From an uncultured Nannocystaceae bacterium (GTDB lineage Bacteria > Myxococcota_A > Polyangia > Nannocystales > Nannocystaceae): DNA of 64,000 bases. The stretch spans positions 2,009 through 66,008 of the forward strand of contig CAZUPD010000021.1 in the NCBI GenBank assembly GCA_964621785.1. The letters run 5' to 3'. This document shows, one piece after another, positions 36,271-46,595 of this stretch (position 1 is the first letter of the stretch; every line of letters begins with the position of its first letter). The translations under genes were made by a program, and so were the position numbers. The notes below the pieces were generated by a model. It worked only from the letters and a program-made list of their open reading frames with translations. It searched no databases and was not told the DNA's origin.

Positions 36271-38076
36271 GTGGGTCACAAACCCCACGACGGCGGTGTT
36301 GAGCTCATCTGGCCGGGCAAATACGACGCCGCTGGCAACCTGGTACAGCCCACAGACATTGGCGCATCGATCGAGCGCCGCACCACGCACGGCGACCCCA
36401 CCCCAAATCGTCTCATCCTCGGGGATAACCTCGCGGTGATGCAGGCCCTGTGCCGCACCCAAGCGGGCACAATTGATTTGATATACATCGACCCGCCATT
36501 TGCCACTGGCGGTAAATTTTCGGTCCTGACCCAGATCGGCGACGAAACCTCTCCCGAGGGGATCCGCGAGGTGCGAACGGTTGCCTACGACGACGCTTGG
36601 CCAGGGGGCTTCGCCGGTTTTCTACAGATGCTCGCGCCTCGGATCCGCCTGCTGCACCAGTTGCTCTCGCCGACTGGAAGTATGTATATCCATGTAGATC
36701 CGACCGTCGGGCACGCCGTCAAACTCCTCACCGACGAAGTCTTTGGACCCGGGTGTTTTCAGCGGGAAATTGTGTGGCGGATCGGTTGGCTCAGCGGCTT
36801 TAAAACCAAGGCGAAGAACTGGATCCGCAACCACGACCTGATCTTTTTTTACACCAAGGACCCGCGCAAGTTCACATTCAATAAACACTATGTCCCCCAT
36901 GCCGAGGGCTACCGCAGGCGCGACGGCAAAAAGCCGACCAGTCCCGGGATGCCGATCGAGGACGTGTGGAACGCCAACGCGTCCGAGTTTGAATTGCGCG
37001 GAGCGGACTCCCTCGACTCGATCCAAATCAAGAGTTTCTCGACCGAAAAGACAGGTTGGGCCACACAAAAAAACCAGAGTTTGTTGCGTCGGATCATCGA
37101 GGCTTCCTCCAATCCGGGGGATACCGTACTCGATGTATTTTGCGGCTCGGGCACGACTGCGGTGGTCGCCGCTTCGCTCGGCCGGCATTTTATCGCCTGT
37201 GACACCTCGCAAACCGCGGTCCACATCACCCGCAAACGCTTGCTGATGCAACCTTCTCCGGTCGGATTTGCGGTCGAAGCTCTCGATGGGCGCGAGTGCC
37301 GACTCGTTGCGACCGAGGGCTGGGAGACACGGATCATTCGCCACCACGGGGGAGTTTCTCCAAGCCCCGGCACGCCGGTCGAGTTTCCAGAAGCAGGCAT
37401 GGGCGAAGCTTCATCCGAGGTGGTGCGCGAGACAATGTCGACCGCGCTTCACGGAGTCGTCGAGGGGACCAATCGTGGAATTCTCCTCCAAGATCCAGCG
37501 AGCGGGTGGACATCCGAAACACTCGTCCGGGCGATCGCAATGTGTAAAACATGTGGGTACAAGGAACTTGATATCCTGTCCTGGGACCCCGTCCCAGACC
37601 GCAAACCATCGCCGGAATCCGACATTCGCGTGCATGCCTATCGCCTCGGACGCGAGTTGCTCGACCCTCGGTTCGCCGCGCGACCTGGCTCTGGGATCAC
37701 CCCGCGAGCTGCGGTTGTCGCCACCGTCGAACGCCTGTCCGAGCATGTTTGCGTCACACTCGTCGGTTTGCGTTACGCGACTCGACACCGTCTACCTGAG
37801 CCGATTGAGGTTGCTGTCGCCGATCCTTTGCGTCCGTCACTCGATGCCGTCGATGCCTGGGGGGTCGACAGCGAGCATCCGGATGCACCCGGCACATGGG
37901 TGCCACACGGGTTTGTGTTCCGTTCCTCGGCCTCGCGCACGCTGCCGACACAGATCGACCTCCCGCACACCCGCGGGCGTGTGCGCTTGCGTGTGACCGA
38001 TGTTCTCGGTCGACTGAACGTGTGGGTTTGGGATGGGGTGCGAGAACAACCGCCCCCGGAAAGTGTCCGCAAATGA
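36271..38076 (+). CDS. beta-class N6-adenine/N4-cytosine DNA methyltransferase (type III Mod-like) with ~300-aa unknown C-terminal extension
   Basis: The GTG start directly abuts the cytochrome c stop (TGA-GTG). ELIWPGKYD N-terminus, motif IV DLIYIDPPF, motif I VLDVFCGSGTT. Residues ~310-601 have no motif I recognise. Confidence 0.85.
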   Translation: MGHKPHDGGVELIWPGKYDAAGNLVQPTDIGASIERRTTHGDPTPNRLILGDNLAVMQALCRTQAGTIDLIYIDPPFATGGKFSVLTQIGDETSPEGIREVRTVAYDDAWPGGFAGFLQMLAPRIRLLHQLLSPTGSMYIHVDPTVGHAVKLLTDEVFGPGCFQREIVWRIGWLSGFKTKAKNWIRNHDLIFFYTKDPRKFTFNKHYVPHAEGYRRRDGKKPTSPGMPIEDVWNANASEFELRGADSLDSIQIKSFSTEKTGWATQKNQSLLRRIIEASSNPGDTVLDVFCGSGTTAVVAASLGRHFIACDTSQTAVHITRKRLLMQPSPVGFAVEALDGRECRLVATEGWETRIIRHHGGVSPSPGTPVEFPEAGMGEASSEVVRETMSTALHGVVEGTNRGILLQDPASGWTSETLVRAIAMCKTCGYKELDILSWDPVPDRKPSPESDIRVHAYRLGRELLDPRFAARPGSGITPRAAVVATVERLSEHVCVTLVGLRYATRHRLPEPIEVAVADPLRPSLDAVDAWGVDSEHPDAPGTWVPHGFVFRSSASRTLPTQIDLPHTRGRVRLRVTDVLGRLNVWVWDGVREQPPPESVRK

Positions 38077-38218
38077 CGGGTGTGAGCCTATGAAATGTGA
38101 ATCTACGGAGACCCATTAAAAATCGTCTTGCCTTCGCGGTGCGTGCCGGCCGACATCGAGTGTGCTGGGTATGATGATGGGCATGGGAGGATGTCCGAGA
38201 CAACATGTTCGTGATGCA

Positions 38219-39247
38219 ATGATTCTCGAGTCCGAACGTCGGGGCTTCCGGTTGGCGACGGCATCGCGGCGCCGGTATCCGCTGCGATGTCCCATCATCA
38301 TTGCGCTTACATGTATTTTTTCCTGTAATTCCGAAGAGGGACGGGAAACCGACAACGCCTCCCAGATCACCTCGGCGACGCAAACGACGACCACCGTCGG
38401 CGACACCGCTACGGACTCGGAACCATCGGAAACGTCCGAAACCGGGAGTGAGGCGACCGCGGGCGAAACCCAGGAGACGACGGTCGGTTCCACCGACGAT
38501 CCCTCAACCACGGAATCCGACAGCGATACCACCGAATCCGACACCAGCCCCTTCACGACCTCGGATTCGGATTCGGATTCAGACTCGAGCGGCCCAACCT
38601 CGGATTCGGACACCACGGGGCCGGACCCGTGTAACGAAATTCTCGCCGCCACGATCCGGGATATGCAACAGGCACATCCCGACTTTGAGACGTTTACTGG
38701 GGATAACGCATTTACCGGAATCGTCGAAAGTGACCTCGGTGACGACGGAAAACCTGTGTATGCACATTCTGGTGGGACCGCCCAGACGACCGGTCCAGGC
38801 GAGTTTTTTCAGTGGTACCACGACGTGCCTGGGGTCAACCAGGCGATCGAGATCCAGATTCCACTGACGGAGACCATGCCCGGGGTGTACAGCTTCAACG
38901 ATCCGGCCTTTTTTCCGATCGACAACCAGGGCTGGGGCAACGAGGGGAACTCCCATAATTTTCACTTCACGACCGAGATCCACCTCTCGTTTACCTACAA
39001 GCCCGGGCAGGTGTTCACGTTTATCGGCGATGACGACCTATGGACGTTTATCAATGGCAAACTCGCTATTGATCTCGGTGGGCTGCATCCGGCCCTCACC
39101 GGTAGTGTCGATCTCGATGCCCAAGCCGATGTCCTCGGGCTCACCCCTGGCATGACCTATTCGATGGACATCTTCCACGCCGAGCGTCACCGAGATCAGT
39201 CGAACTTCCGCATCGAGACAACCATCGACTGTTTTATTCCGGAATAG
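38219..39247 (+). CDS. fibro-slime/PA14-like domain lipoprotein
   Basis: Lipobox: IIIALTCIFSC. T/S/D/E-rich linker. The C-terminal domain has FFPIDNQGWGNEG, HNFHFTTE and FIGDDDLWTFINGKLAIDLGGLH. Start is uncertain (38162-38219). Confidence 0.8.
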   Translation: MILESERRGFRLATASRRRYPLRCPIIIALTCIFSCNSEEGRETDNASQITSATQTTTTVGDTATDSEPSETSETGSEATAGETQETTVGSTDDPSTTESDSDTTESDTSPFTTSDSDSDSDSSGPTSDSDTTGPDPCNEILAATIRDMQQAHPDFETFTGDNAFTGIVESDLGDDGKPVYAHSGGTAQTTGPGEFFQWYHDVPGVNQAIEIQIPLTETMPGVYSFNDPAFFPIDNQGWGNEGNSHNFHFTTEIHLSFTYKPGQVFTFIGDDDLWTFINGKLAIDLGGLHPALTGSVDLDAQADVLGLTPGMTYSMDIFHAERHRDQSNFRIETTIDCFIPE

Positions 39248-39323
39248 ATTGCAACGACGTGTGGCCGCCACTTTTCGGAGTGGTGCTTCGACGCCGACGA
39301 AGCGACGCACGCAACTCCTTTCG

Positions 39324-40943
39324 CTACCCATCGTGTTCAAATCCGAAGACCTGATCGTCGACTGCTCCGCCCGGTCCGTCGTGTTGGAGCTCCACGCTGC
39401 CGAGCTGGTTGAGGCCATCGGTCCACGGTGTATTTGTAAATGCAATCGCATATTCCGGGCGCATGCGTAACGTCGGCATCGGATCGGGCAGGGCGAGGGC
39501 GAGGTCGTAGGTGCCGGGCGGGGCATCCGAGGGCAGGTAGAGTGTCCCTTCGAGCACATGGTGCGCACCTGGACTCCAGCTTCGCGGGTCGATGTCGACT
39601 TCGGTGCGCCAGATGTCATCTGAACCAACGAGTACAAGTTCAACCGCTCGCGGGTTGTAGGTCGCAGCCCAGCCGACGTTGTCGAGCTCGATGACCAAGC
39701 GATGGTGTCCACCGGGCCGAGCCTGTTTGGCGCGTTCGACCGAGGTGAGCTCAAAACGATAGCCAAGGTGATTGTGAAGGGTTTCGTAACAGCCACCCTG
39801 ATGCCACCCCTCGACCACGTCGGGGTGGTAGTCGAGGTTGATGAAGCTGTAGTGAAACCGTTCAAATTCCTCGAGTGCCGTGGTGCATTCACTACGAGGG
39901 GGATTGACCGCACATGTCTCGCCACCCATCACTAAAAATTGGGTGTCCTGCTCGACAAACGTCTTCCACTGTTCGACCTGTCCTTCGGGGTATGTACCGA
40001 AATCCGTCTCGCTCGCTAAAAAACAGTCGTTGTGGTGCCCGACGCGCGCGCGCTCGCTACCCGAGTAGGCCTCGTCGATGGGCAGCGGATCTCCATAGAG
40101 TTCTTGCTTGTACACAGGATACCGCAACTGGGTCATCCGCTCCGGTGGAAATGCCCCCAGCAGCGCCGACAGGACCGTATCTTTGTCGTCGAGGAGGTTG
40201 TTGGTCGAGGTGTGCCACTCGCCCCACGCACCGATAAATCCGGCCTGGATGACCGCGAGGACATCGGCGTTTTGCGTGAGCAACGGGCTGACTTGGTCGA
40301 TGTGTGCCAACACCCAGTCGAGCGACGCATCGGGCTCGGAGTCGGGGTAGGGCCCCTCGTTGTAGGCAAATCGCAAAATTACTTTGATTCCAGCCGCCCG
40401 TGCGGCGTCGAGTCCAGCTTGGACATCGGCCAACAACGACGGTGCGATCGGTTGGTCGCGAAAGTCGTCGAGCCGGACGTAGCTGTACACCAGAGTGATC
40501 CCCTCGGCCCGAATGGCCGCGAGGTCCGGATTGTCGGTGAGTACGACATAGCGGTAGGGTCCGCGCTCGGGGTTGATGAGGAGCGCTTCACTGGGTGTGT
40601 ATACATCTATTTCGGTGGGTGCAGGGTCGACACCCGGGTCGTCGGTGGTCGCTTCAGACGTCTCGCTACTCGACTCCGTTTCACTGTCTGGACCGGTGGT
40701 GTCTGACGTTTGGCTGCTCGAATCGGTCGAATCGCCGGTGGTTTCGAGGGTCGTCGGCATGGGATCGGTGGTCGGACCAACCGTAGAAGTTGACATGTTC
40801 GTAGGGTCAGAATCTGTCTCAGCTGACTCGCCCGAACAGGACCCTGCGAGCAGGACAACGCCGAGGATCGCCGGCGCGTTCGCCCTGCGGCGTGAATCCA
40901 GATCCCGCGAGATGTGTGAGTGAAGCCAGGAAACACGAGACAT
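39324..40943 (-). CDS. DUF4874/DUF4832-type glycoside-hydrolase-like lipoprotein
   Basis: Lipobox: VLLAGSC. Acidic T/S linker. Also INPERGPYRY and GFIGAWGEWHTS motifs, as I recall for DUF4832 proteins. Confidence 0.7.
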   Translation of the reverse strand: MSRVSWLHSHISRDLDSRRRANAPAILGVVLLAGSCSGESAETDSDPTNMSTSTVGPTTDPMPTTLETTGDSTDSSSQTSDTTGPDSETESSSETSEATTDDPGVDPAPTEIDVYTPSEALLINPERGPYRYVVLTDNPDLAAIRAEGITLVYSYVRLDDFRDQPIAPSLLADVQAGLDAARAAGIKVILRFAYNEGPYPDSEPDASLDWVLAHIDQVSPLLTQNADVLAVIQAGFIGAWGEWHTSTNNLLDDKDTVLSALLGAFPPERMTQLRYPVYKQELYGDPLPIDEAYSGSERARVGHHNDCFLASETDFGTYPEGQVEQWKTFVEQDTQFLVMGGETCAVNPPRSECTTALEEFERFHYSFINLDYHPDVVEGWHQGGCYETLHNHLGYRFELTSVERAKQARPGGHHRLVIELDNVGWAATYNPRAVELVLVGSDDIWRTEVDIDPRSWSPGAHHVLEGTLYLPSDAPPGTYDLALALPDPMPTLRMRPEYAIAFTNTPWTDGLNQLGSVELQHDGPGGAVDDQVFGFEHDG

Positions 40944-40978
40944 CGCTTTGGTATGCCAAATCGCGGCCGCTTGCGTCT

Positions 40979-42319
40979 ATGATGCCCGCCGTGACTTGGC
41001 GTGAGCTCGCCACTTCGAAAGGACCCTTTCGCCGCCTGTGGTTTGGGGAGGCCGTTTCACTGTTTGGTGACTGGTTCACCTACGTCGCCGTCGGGGTGCT
41101 CGCGCTCGGTCCCGGTGACGGCAGCAGTGGTCTTTTACCGGTAGCGATTGTGTTGCTCGCCCACTCGTTGCCTCTTGCGGTGATTGGCCCACTCGCCGGG
41201 CGCCTAGCCGACCGCTACGACCGACGCCGGATTATGGTGGTTGCAAGCCTCCTGCGAGCGTTGACAGTCGTGGGGATGATTACCGCCGCATCCGTCGGTG
41301 CGTTCGGGTGGGTCTCCGGACTTCTGTTTGTCCGGATGGGCTTTGGAGCGTTTGTCGAACCAGCTGCGAGTGCCTCGCTGCCACAGCTCGTTGCACGTGC
41401 ATCGATGACCGAGGCCAACGCGCTTCTCAGCGCAACGTGGAGTGTGATGTTTGCTATCGGTGTGGCACTCGGGGGCATGTTTACGGCCGCATTCGGGCCG
41501 GTTTGGGCCCTTGCGGTCGACGGCGGGACATTTGTGGTCGCGGCGATGGTCCTCGCCACGCTGCCGCCTTTGCAGCCCGGGCAGCCCGCGACCGGCTCGG
41601 CGAATGCGGTGCGACCGAATGCGGAATCTGACGCTCGAACATTACACCAACCCGCCCCAATGCCGACCAGACAGGCTCAGGACGATGATCCGCTCGAGCG
41701 CGAACTCGAGGCGATGGGCCCGGGGTTACGCCCGGCCCTGGGCTTTGCGGTACGGCACCGCGAAATCCTGCATGCCGCCCTGGGGAAGGTTCCTGTCGCC
41801 ATGGCCAATGGTGGAGCTTGGGTGTTGATGCACCACACCGCGGCCGTCGGTGGCACGGCGGTCGGCGGAACGGCGCTCGCCCTCGGTGTGTTGCACGCTG
41901 CGCGGGCCGTCGGGACAGGTATCGGACCGGTCCTGTGGGCAAAAAACGCGAGGCTCCGGGGTTCGGCACTCGGCCTGCACGCCAGCACAGGCTTTGCCAT
42001 CGCCGCAGTGATTGCATTTACATTGAGTTCGACACCATGGCTCTCGATTGTGTTGTGCGTCCTGTGGGGCCTGGGGTCTGGTGCGAACTGGGTGACGGCT
42101 GTGACCCGGACGCAGGTTCTCACGCCCAACCGCGTGCTCGGTCGGGTGGCTTCGATCGACCTGATGAGCCACGCACTCGGTCAGGGAATCGGAGGGCTCT
42201 TGGGCGCCTTGGCTGCCGATGCCCTACAAGAACCTCACTTGAGTGGTTGGATCGGGGCTGCTACTGGCCTGTGTTGTTGGTTGATTCTAGCCCGAGTTTG
42301 TCGGCAGGGAAGGCGGTAG
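40979..42319 (+). CDS. MFS transporter (EntS/MFS_3-like)
   Basis: ATG 40979. FRRLWFGEAVSLFGDWFTYVAVGVLAL is followed by about 12 hydrophobic helices. Confidence 0.85.
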   Translation: MMPAVTWRELATSKGPFRRLWFGEAVSLFGDWFTYVAVGVLALGPGDGSSGLLPVAIVLLAHSLPLAVIGPLAGRLADRYDRRRIMVVASLLRALTVVGMITAASVGAFGWVSGLLFVRMGFGAFVEPAASASLPQLVARASMTEANALLSATWSVMFAIGVALGGMFTAAFGPVWALAVDGGTFVVAAMVLATLPPLQPGQPATGSANAVRPNAESDARTLHQPAPMPTRQAQDDDPLERELEAMGPGLRPALGFAVRHREILHAALGKVPVAMANGGAWVLMHHTAAVGGTAVGGTALALGVLHAARAVGTGIGPVLWAKNARLRGSALGLHASTGFAIAAVIAFTLSSTPWLSIVLCVLWGLGSGANWVTAVTRTQVLTPNRVLGRVASIDLMSHALGQGIGGLLGALAADALQEPHLSGWIGAATGLCCWLILARVCRQGRR

Positions 42320-43375
42320 ATGGTGCGAAGGACAACACGGGTTGCGGTGAGAGACTTACTGCTTGGTGCCAGTTTGATTGTAAGTACACTAAGCTGCCGG
42401 GCATCGCCGGCGGCGTCCGGCGCTTCGCAGCCGACGCATCATCCATCCCATCCCGTGTCGGTCGAACCTCGGGCGGCGGAAGTCCACAACCCGCCCACGG
42501 CTCCGTTGATCGATCGACTCGCGCAGCGAGCTGTCTACGACACCGCATTTGCAAAGCCTGTCCTGTACACATGGACAACCGACGAACAGGTCACACAATT
42601 GCGAACGTCTCAGGTGCTTCTTGTTGCAGATGCAACAACTGGTACACGGATCACCCTGTTCAACCGCGCTCTGATGGCGTTGCAAGACTCGCACGCTCCG
42701 GGGCATCGTGTCGCACAGCTCCTGCTGCAGCGCGATGAGCTGCGCAAGCGCAGATATGCGTGGACGAGTCCGTTTGCCACGGTTTTGGGGCTGGGTCCGC
42801 GCAGCTACGGTAATTCCCTGATCGAGGTTGAACTGCATCCCGATGCGATTGTCGCCCGGTTTGAGCCGGCAAACGTCGCGCAACCATTCTCGTTTGTGGA
42901 CCTGCGGGGACGCCCGCTCGCGCAGGACGAGGTGCTCCGTATGCCCGAGCGGATCGCGGCGGTGTATCATGTTCGAACCGGTTCAAAAGACCAGGTACCT
43001 TTCCGGGAATATGTGTTGTGCAACGAGTCGATGTTGTTTCGCTGGGCGTTGACGACCCCCGAGATTCGTGCCCGACTCGCCGAGGAAATCGAGATGTTGG
43101 AAACGCTTCAAAGGGGCCCGTTTGCCCAGTTGCCGGACGAAGCCGCCGCGGAACCGGCACAGGCCGAGTGGAAGGTTGCAAATGCACCGGTGACGTTGCT
43201 GTCGCTGTGGCATGCGAGTCTTGCGTTTGCCAACGAGCGCTACCGGCCGACGCCGGCGAATCTCGGTCGGATCGCCGACGCGCTGCGCCAGTATCACGGC
43301 GAGGGTCCACCGCTGGTCGTGCGGCCGCGGGTCGTCCGGATTCAGGGGAACGAAGACGCCCAGGCCTCGCAATAG
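42320..43375 (+). CDS. hypothetical lipoprotein
   Basis: The ATG immediately follows the MFS stop (TAG-ATG). Lipobox: SLIVSTLSC. No family recognised. Its 3' end overlaps the convergent HIT gene by 34 nt. Confidence 0.6.
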   Translation: MVRRTTRVAVRDLLLGASLIVSTLSCRASPAASGASQPTHHPSHPVSVEPRAAEVHNPPTAPLIDRLAQRAVYDTAFAKPVLYTWTTDEQVTQLRTSQVLLVADATTGTRITLFNRALMALQDSHAPGHRVAQLLLQRDELRKRRYAWTSPFATVLGLGPRSYGNSLIEVELHPDAIVARFEPANVAQPFSFVDLRGRPLAQDEVLRMPERIAAVYHVRTGSKDQVPFREYVLCNESMLFRWALTTPEIRARLAEEIEMLETLQRGPFAQLPDEAAAEPAQAEWKVANAPVTLLSLWHASLAFANERYRPTPANLGRIADALRQYHGEGPPLVVRPRVVRIQGNEDAQASQ

Positions 43376-43884
43376 CGCCGCTGCAAGTCCTGCCACTCCG
43401 CCGGCGTGCCGACATACACCCCTTCGGACCAGCTAAAAATGTCGCTCGGCTTGTCGTCGGGTTGGTAGAGAGGAATTACATGAATGTGCAAGTGTTGTGA
43501 GGTCTGGGTGAGCTCGCCCGCACTGCTGCCAGTCGAGGCGAGATAGCAGCGCAGCGGTTGTTGAACACGTTCGACCATGCGCGCGGCTTGGTGTGCCAGC
43601 AGCGAGGCCCGGGCCCACCGGGCACGATCAACCTCGAGAAAGTTGGTGACATGGTCCTTGGGCATCACCAACACGTGGCCCCAGCGACGCACGTACCGCG
43701 GGAGCATCACCAGCATGTCGTCGTCTTCGAAGATCGCATAGACCGGGCCGACTTGGCGATCTCGAACCGCACACATCAGGCAAGCCGGCTCTCCCCCTTC
43801 TGCACGGATCTGCCGTAGAGCCTGTTCACGGGTGATACGTGTCGGCACAATCGCAGAGTAGCAGCCCGCGGATGGATGCGACAC
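43342..43884 (-). CDS. HIT (histidine triad) family hydrolase
   Basis: HLHIHVIPL triad and an upstream CLMC Zn-like motif. Start is uncertain (GTG 43884 or ATG 43776). The long upstream ORF part looks non-coding. Confidence 0.75.
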   Translation of the reverse strand: MSHPSAGCYSAIVPTRITREQALRQIRAEGGEPACLMCAVRDRQVGPVYAIFEDDDMLVMLPRYVRRWGHVLVMPKDHVTNFLEVDRARWARASLLAHQAARMVERVQQPLRCYLASTGSSAGELTQTSQHLHIHVIPLYQPDDKPSDIFSWSEGVYVGTPAEWQDLQRRYCEAWASSFP

Positions 43885-44334
43885 GTCGACATGTTCGCCT
43901 CGATCTTGGCACGCACCTGGGTGTCGGCCGGGAGTCGTTCCCCAAACGGCGGTGAGACGCCGGAGACGGTTAGAACCGGAGAGAAAAAATGTTGATACAA
44001 CGACAGATTTGCGGAATCGTCGCGGGCCGTGGTGCGTACTAGCCAGAATGACCGCGTGAGCATCTGCGAGACGGTCAACGATTGCGTGCGGTAGGCTGCC
44101 ACCATGGACGATTCCCATTCCGAGTGTGTCGAACCTTGCAGCCCGCGGGCTGTTTCGATACACCATGCTTGTCCTCGATCACGCGTTCGGGCTTCGCATG
44201 GGTCCCAATCCTCAGCCCAGTCGAACGGTCCGGGCTCGAGACGCTCTCGAATGCAATCCTCGGCCTACTCGGACAGTCCGAGTACGGGGGTGAAGTTGCG
44301 GGGGAGGCGTTTGCGAAGGGGATGGCGTTCAATA

Positions 44335-46590
44335 ATGTCTGATTGGACATGTAAAAAGACATTGGGACGGGAGCACCGCTTCCGTCTCGTCAGGTTCGCC
44401 CGGCCGCTCGTGGGTGTCGCGTGGTTGACCACGCTCGCCTGTGCCGCCCACGAAGTTCCGGTCGATCCGACACCTTTGTGTCCCCAGGGGATGGCCCACC
44501 TCGAGGGTGGTCGACTCGGCCCGGATGTGATCGACCCGCTGTGCATGGATATCACCGAGGTGACGACCGCCGCCTACGGTGCGTGCGTGACTGATGGTTC
44601 CTGTCCTCCCGTTCGGGTCGAGCACTCGTCGGGCGAGCAACCGATGTGCAACGCCGGGATCGAAGGTCGCGGCAAGCATCCGATCAACTGTGTCGATAGT
44701 GCCCAGGCGGCCGCGTTTTGTACGTGGGCGGGCAAACGCGTCGTCCGGGCCCATGAATGGGAATGGGCGGCACGCGGGCGCGGGCGAGCGACCGCCTACC
44801 CCTGGGGAGATGCCGAAGTCGATGCAGTGCGCGTGTGTTGGTCCGGCGCGAGCACCTGCGAAACCGGGAGTCGACCGGCCGGAGCTTCGCCCGACGGGGT
44901 ACTCGACTTGGCCGGGAATGTCGCCGAGTGGGTCCAAGTGCAGTCGACGGGGGCGATGCACGTGCGTGGCGGGAGTTGGCGGGACACCTCGGCGACGGTC
45001 GCCGGCTTGGCCGCAGCCCATCCCGGTTCCGACCCGCAGGGAGATTTCACAATCGCGGGGATTCGCTGTGTCGTCGACCCACACACGTCCGTGAAGACGA
45101 TCGATAGCGAGGGGTGGACGCCCGAAAAAACCCAGGCACCCAAGCCTTCGCCGTTACCCGTGGTTGCGAATCGTCCGCAGGCACAGGCTCCCACGCGGCC
45201 GTTGGTCAACTTGATGCCGATGTGGCATCACCTCGCCAACCAGACAACCGCTCCGCCAAAGATGTGGCCGATTGGACAGGAGTACATCGCCATGTCGACT
45301 ACGGATGCTGCCGAGTTCGGTCTGCAGCACGGGTTTGACATCGCCAACAAACCCACGGCCCTCGCCGAGTTCGAACCGATCCACGCAGCGGGTCCTCTGG
45401 TGTTGATGAACGCAGGTTGGCGGCGTAGCGGTTCCTTTGTCGCAGTCGAACGCGACTCCTCGGCGATTCGTTGGCAGGTGAACTTAGAGACACTCGGGCG
45501 GAGCTACAACCGGCTCGTGACCCCAAAAACCCTGGTTGCCGAGCTGTACGGTCGCGATGCAGATGTGGTGGTTGGGCTCGCCTTGGTCGACGGCTCCGAA
45601 GTATTTCGCAAGACAGGTGGTGCAACCGGAAGCGAGTTTACACGTGCCCGCAAGATGTGGCAGGACGACCAGCGCGTGTATCTCTCCGGCGATCGCGGGC
45701 TGTTGGCATTCGACCCGACGACTGGAAAAACCCTGTGGGGCCCGACGGCGATCGGGGAGGGGTGCGGGGTGGCCGAAGGGGAAGGTGTACTGGTTGTCGA
45801 AAATCCGGGCGAGGGACACCGCGTGCTCGATGCGGCGACCGGTGTCGAGCGTCGACGGATCCAGACAGGTGTGAGCGGAGCGTGTCGCTGGGGCGGCGAT
45901 GCCTGGGATGGAGGTGTTGCTGAAGGGGCGGTCAGCGGCGGGAAGTTGTTCGCCTTCGATCCGGCGACGCAAGGCAAACACGGGCCGGTTCTGCGGGCGT
46001 TTGATCTGCAAAGTGGGCGCCAGCTGTGGAAACGAAAAGGTCTTTCAGGACAGGTCTTAGTTGCCGATCACGATGCCGTGTTGAGCGACCGCGACAACGC
46101 GTTGCTCGTCGGGATCGACCCCACCACCGGCGCGCCACAGACGGAAATTTCATTTGGCTATGACATCGTCGACGTCAAGGTGTACCCGGGCGGCGGGGAT
46201 GCGGGACCGCTTGTGTGGGTGCGAGATGAGCAGGAAAACGAGTGGCTCCTCGGTCGGGGCGAGACGGCACCGACGCCCGAAGCCTACACGATCCGCGGGA
46301 AACTCATTCCCGAACGCGAAACCGGGGTCAAGCAACGTCACGTGCGAGGGGTGCCGATCCGGGTTGGCGAAAAACGTGTACGCACCAAACAGACGGGAGC
46401 ATTCCAGGCGACGGGCAAGACTCTCGGCGCGGTACTCGTGTCGTATGACGGGCCCACGTCCTACGACGATTTTAAAGGCGATCCGTACTCCCGGACATTG
46501 ACCCGCTTCGACGCAAGGCTCGTGGTCTTGACCGGTCAGGGGACCTACAGGTTGGGCGAGATTCCGCTCTATGAGTGGTGGCTGGAATAG
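44335..46590 (+). CDS. FGE-sulfatase (SUMF1-like) domain fused to PQQ/BamB-like beta-propeller, lipoprotein
   Basis: ATG 44335. Lipobox: WLTTLAC. HPINCVDSAQAAAFCTWAGKRV, HEWEWAARG and VRGGSW motifs are present. The C-terminal ~430 aa has repeated G..LWK/LWG beta-propeller-like blades. Confidence 0.75.
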   Translation: MSDWTCKKTLGREHRFRLVRFARPLVGVAWLTTLACAAHEVPVDPTPLCPQGMAHLEGGRLGPDVIDPLCMDITEVTTAAYGACVTDGSCPPVRVEHSSGEQPMCNAGIEGRGKHPINCVDSAQAAAFCTWAGKRVVRAHEWEWAARGRGRATAYPWGDAEVDAVRVCWSGASTCETGSRPAGASPDGVLDLAGNVAEWVQVQSTGAMHVRGGSWRDTSATVAGLAAAHPGSDPQGDFTIAGIRCVVDPHTSVKTIDSEGWTPEKTQAPKPSPLPVVANRPQAQAPTRPLVNLMPMWHHLANQTTAPPKMWPIGQEYIAMSTTDAAEFGLQHGFDIANKPTALAEFEPIHAAGPLVLMNAGWRRSGSFVAVERDSSAIRWQVNLETLGRSYNRLVTPKTLVAELYGRDADVVVGLALVDGSEVFRKTGGATGSEFTRARKMWQDDQRVYLSGDRGLLAFDPTTGKTLWGPTAIGEGCGVAEGEGVLVVENPGEGHRVLDAATGVERRRIQTGVSGACRWGGDAWDGGVAEGAVSGGKLFAFDPATQGKHGPVLRAFDLQSGRQLWKRKGLSGQVLVADHDAVLSDRDNALLVGIDPTTGAPQTEISFGYDIVDVKVYPGGGDAGPLVWVRDEQENEWLLGRGETAPTPEAYTIRGKLIPERETGVKQRHVRGVPIRVGEKRVRTKQTGAFQATGKTLGAVLVSYDGPTSYDDFKGDPYSRTLTRFDARLVVLTGQGTYRLGEIPLYEWWLE

Positions 46591-46595
46591 CGGCC

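Noticed and set aside
42320-43884. 34-nt convergent overlap of the hypothetical lipoprotein and HIT genes as a regulatory feature
   Set aside because: 3'-end overlaps of this size are common in compact high-GC genomes. I saw nothing else unusual there.
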